From positions 576,001-640,000 of the forward strand of contig CAVOKF010000004.1 in NCBI GenBank assembly GCA_963696385.1: a stretch of DNA of 64,000 nt. Direction: 5' to 3'. The notes beneath the pieces are model-generated. The model was not told the origin of the DNA. It saw nothing but the letters and a program-made list of their open reading frames with translations, and did not search any database. Source of the DNA: an uncultured delta proteobacterium (GTDB lineage: Bacteria > Myxococcota_A > Polyangia > Polyangiales > Polyangiaceae). This document shows positions 61,187-64,000 of the stretch, one piece after another. Numbering within the stretch: position 1 is the stretch's first letter; every line of letters starts with the position of its first letter. The position numbers were made by a program, and so were the translations under genes.

Positions 61187-62815
61187 TCACTGCAACGACG
61201 GATTGATGCAAAACCGCACGAACTCTCCGACGGTCGTCACCGTCTTGGTTACGGTCTCGGCCGATGCCGGTCCCGCTCGAACGTCACACTGCCATCCGCA
61301 CTGATCGGCCGGATCGCACTTTGGGACGGGGGTCTTGTCTTCAGCAAGACCGGAGACCGGGCCGGCTTCGGACTTCTTTGCGGTGTAATAAGATGCCGCT
61401 GCTGTAAGTTTCGCCCCCAACTCCGGAGATTGCAAAAATGAGTTGAGGACGTCTCGCGGTCGAGGACCCCCTGCCGGATCCATCGCCAGGATGAGCGCCC
61501 CGTAGGTGATGGGCTCGCTCAAAGCCATTTTCACTTTGTCGGTCGCGGGCAGCCGGTGCATGAAATCGGGCACGTCCTTCGTCCCGATGGTCTTGAGGAT
61601 CATGCGCGCGGCGTCGAGCCGAACCTGCCACTTTCGGTCGAAGAGGGGGTAGAGCTTCTGCACGATCATGTCTTTGGGTAGCTCGCCCAGTCGCGCCATG
61701 GCGACGCCACGCAGCCTGTCCGGGTTGGAGTCGTCCCGAACGATGTCGAAGACGACGCTGACTTCGTTGGGAGCGCTTTTGTCGATGCGATTCTCGAGGG
61801 CCGCGAGCGCGTCGGTTCGAATTTTTTCGCTCTTGTCCTTGTCGTGGGCATAAGCCAGGCAGAATTCGACGGCTGGTTTTCCGCCAACGCGCTTGATGTC
61901 GGTGAAAACTCGCTCGAGTTCGCTCTCTTGATACTGCTTCAGCTGTTCGTTGACCTGTTGCGGCGTCGCGTTGATTTTCTGCTTCTGGTTCGCTTCGATC
62001 ACCAGTCCACGTTGCTTGTCCAGCCACTGCGGGGAGTCGATTCGTTTGCCGAGCGCGACGAGCGCTTCGCTTGCCCGCTTCTTGGTGTCGTCGTCACCGA
62101 TGTCGGCGATGAGCGCGCACGCGCGCTCGACCTTGGTCGACGATTCCGTGATGACACTCGGCAGCGTCTTGACGCTCGGTGCGCCGAGAAAACGCATGAT
62201 TTGCTCGACACCGAATTGCTGCGTTCCGTTGTCGATGCGCGACTCGAAATTGGTCTGCACCCACTGCGTCAGCGCCCCTACGAGGGCCGCTTTGGTGGCT
62301 TCGTCACTCACGAGCGGCGGCTCGTGCGAAAGCAAGGCGAAGGCGGCGTCCTTGTAGGGGATGCTTGGGTCGACCGCGATCGCTCCAGTCTCGGCCGAGG
62401 GGACGGGCGGCGGTTGTTGCATGGCCGCGATGAGCTTCGGCGCAATATCGTTTACGATCCGTCGCTGCGCATCCTCGCCGAGCACGGCGAGCGCGCCTTG
62501 AACGCGACCCTGGGGGCTGTCATATCCGACGATCAGGTCCTCGAGGCCGACGCGCTTGCCGTTGCGCGGTCTCATTCGAATGAGGGAGAGCGCCGCTTCA
62601 TCGCGCAGCGGCCAAGCGTATTTGTCGTACGTGACGATCGCGTAGAGCTTTTCGGGCCCGTTCTCGGTCGTCTCCCACCGATGCACGTCCGAATCGCTGA
62701 CGGCGCACCCGGTCGCGTTCCAAGCCAGGGCGCATGAAAAAGCTTGCAAGAGCGTCGCGAACCGGGCTTCCCGGTGCGCCGACCCTGTCGCTACGTCTAC
62801 CCGTCGCTCTCGCAT
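61187..62815 (-). CDS. Hypothetical lipoprotein with HEAT-like helical repeats
   Basis: ATGC lipobox; helical repeats; Cys-rich C-terminus. Start uncertain. Confidence 0.75.
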   Translation of the reverse strand: MRERRVDVATGSAHREARFATLLQAFSCALAWNATGCAVSDSDVHRWETTENGPEKLYAIVTYDKYAWPLRDEAALSLIRMRPRNGKRVGLEDLIVGYDSPQGRVQGALAVLGEDAQRRIVNDIAPKLIAAMQQPPPVPSAETGAIAVDPSIPYKDAAFALLSHEPPLVSDEATKAALVGALTQWVQTNFESRIDNGTQQFGVEQIMRFLGAPSVKTLPSVITESSTKVERACALIADIGDDDTKKRASEALVALGKRIDSPQWLDKQRGLVIEANQKQKINATPQQVNEQLKQYQESELERVFTDIKRVGGKPAVEFCLAYAHDKDKSEKIRTDALAALENRIDKSAPNEVSVVFDIVRDDSNPDRLRGVAMARLGELPKDMIVQKLYPLFDRKWQVRLDAARMILKTIGTKDVPDFMHRLPATDKVKMALSEPITYGALILAMDPAGGPRPRDVLNSFLQSPELGAKLTAAASYYTAKKSEAGPVSGLAEDKTPVPKCDPADQCGWQCDVRAGPASAETVTKTVTTVGEFVRFCINPSLQ

Positions 62816-62948
62816 CGTCGTGCTCGTCTCCTGCCTGCGGGACGTCCGGCCCCTGAATCCGCGCGACATGGCCGGAACGCCGGGACCCGCTCCACTCGGG
62901 TTCGAGATCTTACGCCTGCGTTCGCGCGATCGGAATTGTTTCGGGAAG

Positions 62949-62978
62949 TTGACGCCCTTTGGCGGCCTGTCGTACCGT
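62949..62978 (+). promoter_or_regulatory. Putative sigma70 promoter of ftsK
   Basis: TTGACG-N18-TACCGT. Confidence 0.45.
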
Positions 62979-63000
62979 CTCGTGTGGGTCCACGTAGGGA

Positions 63001-64000
63001 ATGCCGATGCCGGGCAGTTTCGTGAGCGACCGTGCGTCGCCGCCGGCTCGGCCGGTCGGCCCACCGTCGGTGCTGCCCAGCAACACTCGCATGCCCTCGG
63101 TCCTTGGCCGCGGAGCGGCGGCCTATGGCCGACCGCGTGAAGTCGCGGCGCTCGTCCTCTGGACATGCGCGCTCTTCCTGTCGCTCGCGCTCGCTTCGTA
63201 CCGCGGCGATCCAGCCGGCAGTTCCCTGGCCGGTGCGACGCCCGCGGGGGGAGATTGGGTCGGTCCGGTGGGGGCCGCATGCGCACGGGAGCTCGTGTCG
63301 CTCGTCGGGCTCGTGTGCTGGGGCCTTCCCCTGGAGCTGATGCTGCTCGGAATCCCTCTGGTTCGCGGTCGTGTCAGCCCGGCCACGTCGGGTCGGATCG
63401 CCGGCGACCTCTTGATTGCAGTCGTTGCGTCCGCGCTCATTCAGGTCGGAAGCCCGGGTCGCACAGCGTTCGGCACGCACCCGGCGAGTGGCGCCGTCGG
63501 CGAGATCTTCGGTGAGCTGGCGCGTTCCCTGTTTTCGACGGCTGGTTCGTTCTTGGTTGGGTTCGCATGCCTCGGCTTGATTCTTATCGGTCGAGCGGCG
63601 TTTTCGTTCATCGCGTTCGCCCGGCTGCTCGCGCGCATGGCGTCCCGCACCGCCGTCTGGGGAGCGGGTACGGCCCGCGCCCTGGCGCACGCGTGGCGGC
63701 AGGCGCGCGTCCTGGAGCGCGAGCGCAGGGAACGCGAACGTGCCGAAAGCGAACCGCACATCGATACTTCGGCGAAAGACGATGCTGTGGTCGCGGCGCT
63801 GCCACTCGACGCGGACGAAGGCTTGGTCGAGGCGCTGGTCGAACCCTTGTCCAAGAAGAAATGCCATAGACCCAGGATCGATGAGGTCGTCGAGCAGCCG
63901 GTCGCGGAGTGGTTGGCGCCCAGCACGCTGATGGAATCCGGGACTGGCGAGAATGATTCGTCGCAGGCGGTTTTGGCCGATCGGGTGCCCGCTTTCCCTG
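63001..64000 (+). CDS. ftsK: DNA translocase FtsK, N-terminal 4TM region (3'-partial; absent from the ORF track because it has no stop in the window)
   Basis: Manual translation gives REVAALVLW..ALFLSLALASY.GDP...DWVGPVGA...G.VG, the FtsK_4TM pattern, then a linker. The motor domain is not visible. Start 63001, 63007 or 63091. Confidence 0.75.
   Translation, partial: MPMPGSFVSDRASPPARPVGPPSVLPSNTRMPSVLGRGAAAYGRPREVAALVLWTCALFLSLALASYRGDPAGSSLAGATPAGGDWVGPVGAACARELVSLVGLVCWGLPLELMLLGIPLVRGRVSPATSGRIAGDLLIAVVASALIQVGSPGRTAFGTHPASGAVGEIFGELARSLFSTAGSFLVGFACLGLILIGRAAFSFIAFARLLARMASRTAVWGAGTARALAHAWRQARVLERERRERERAESEPHIDTSAKDDAVVAALPLDADEGLVEALVEPLSKKKCHRPRIDEVVEQPVAEWLAPSTLMESGTGENDSSQAVLADRVPAFP

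Overview
GC-rich core-chromosome segment, most likely from a myxobacterium (Myxococcota, Polyangiaceae-like). This is inferred from mglBA, a FrzS-like protein, a TIGR02266-type PilZ protein, a REC-DUF4388 protein and a Hanks kinase. About 56 CDS are supported. They cover housekeeping (queD, hisIE, dnaJ, ligA, prmC, pcrA, recA, ppk1, 5' part of ftsK), motility/signalling, and many lipoproteins and hypothetical proteins. No rRNA, tRNA, CRISPR array, transposase, integrase or phage gene was seen. The most notable unannotated signal is a ~170-bp multi-hairpin intergenic element: two full copies in opposite orientations (35365-35535, 55691-55863) and a truncated copy (30907-30941). It is built from WAGTACRSCGC arms and GNA/GNNA mini-hairpins, resembling a REPIN/BIME or MITE. 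Other highlights: a DHH-like protein with permuted catalytic motifs, many apparently leaderless genes, a LexA-like box filling the recA promoter spacer, two frameshifted genes (GH3 glucosidase; RHH-FHA regulator at a C8 run), two tiny basic proteins resembling ribosomal proteins, and a peptidase-propeller-Omp85 fusion. All family calls come from reading motifs by eye; no database searches were run.
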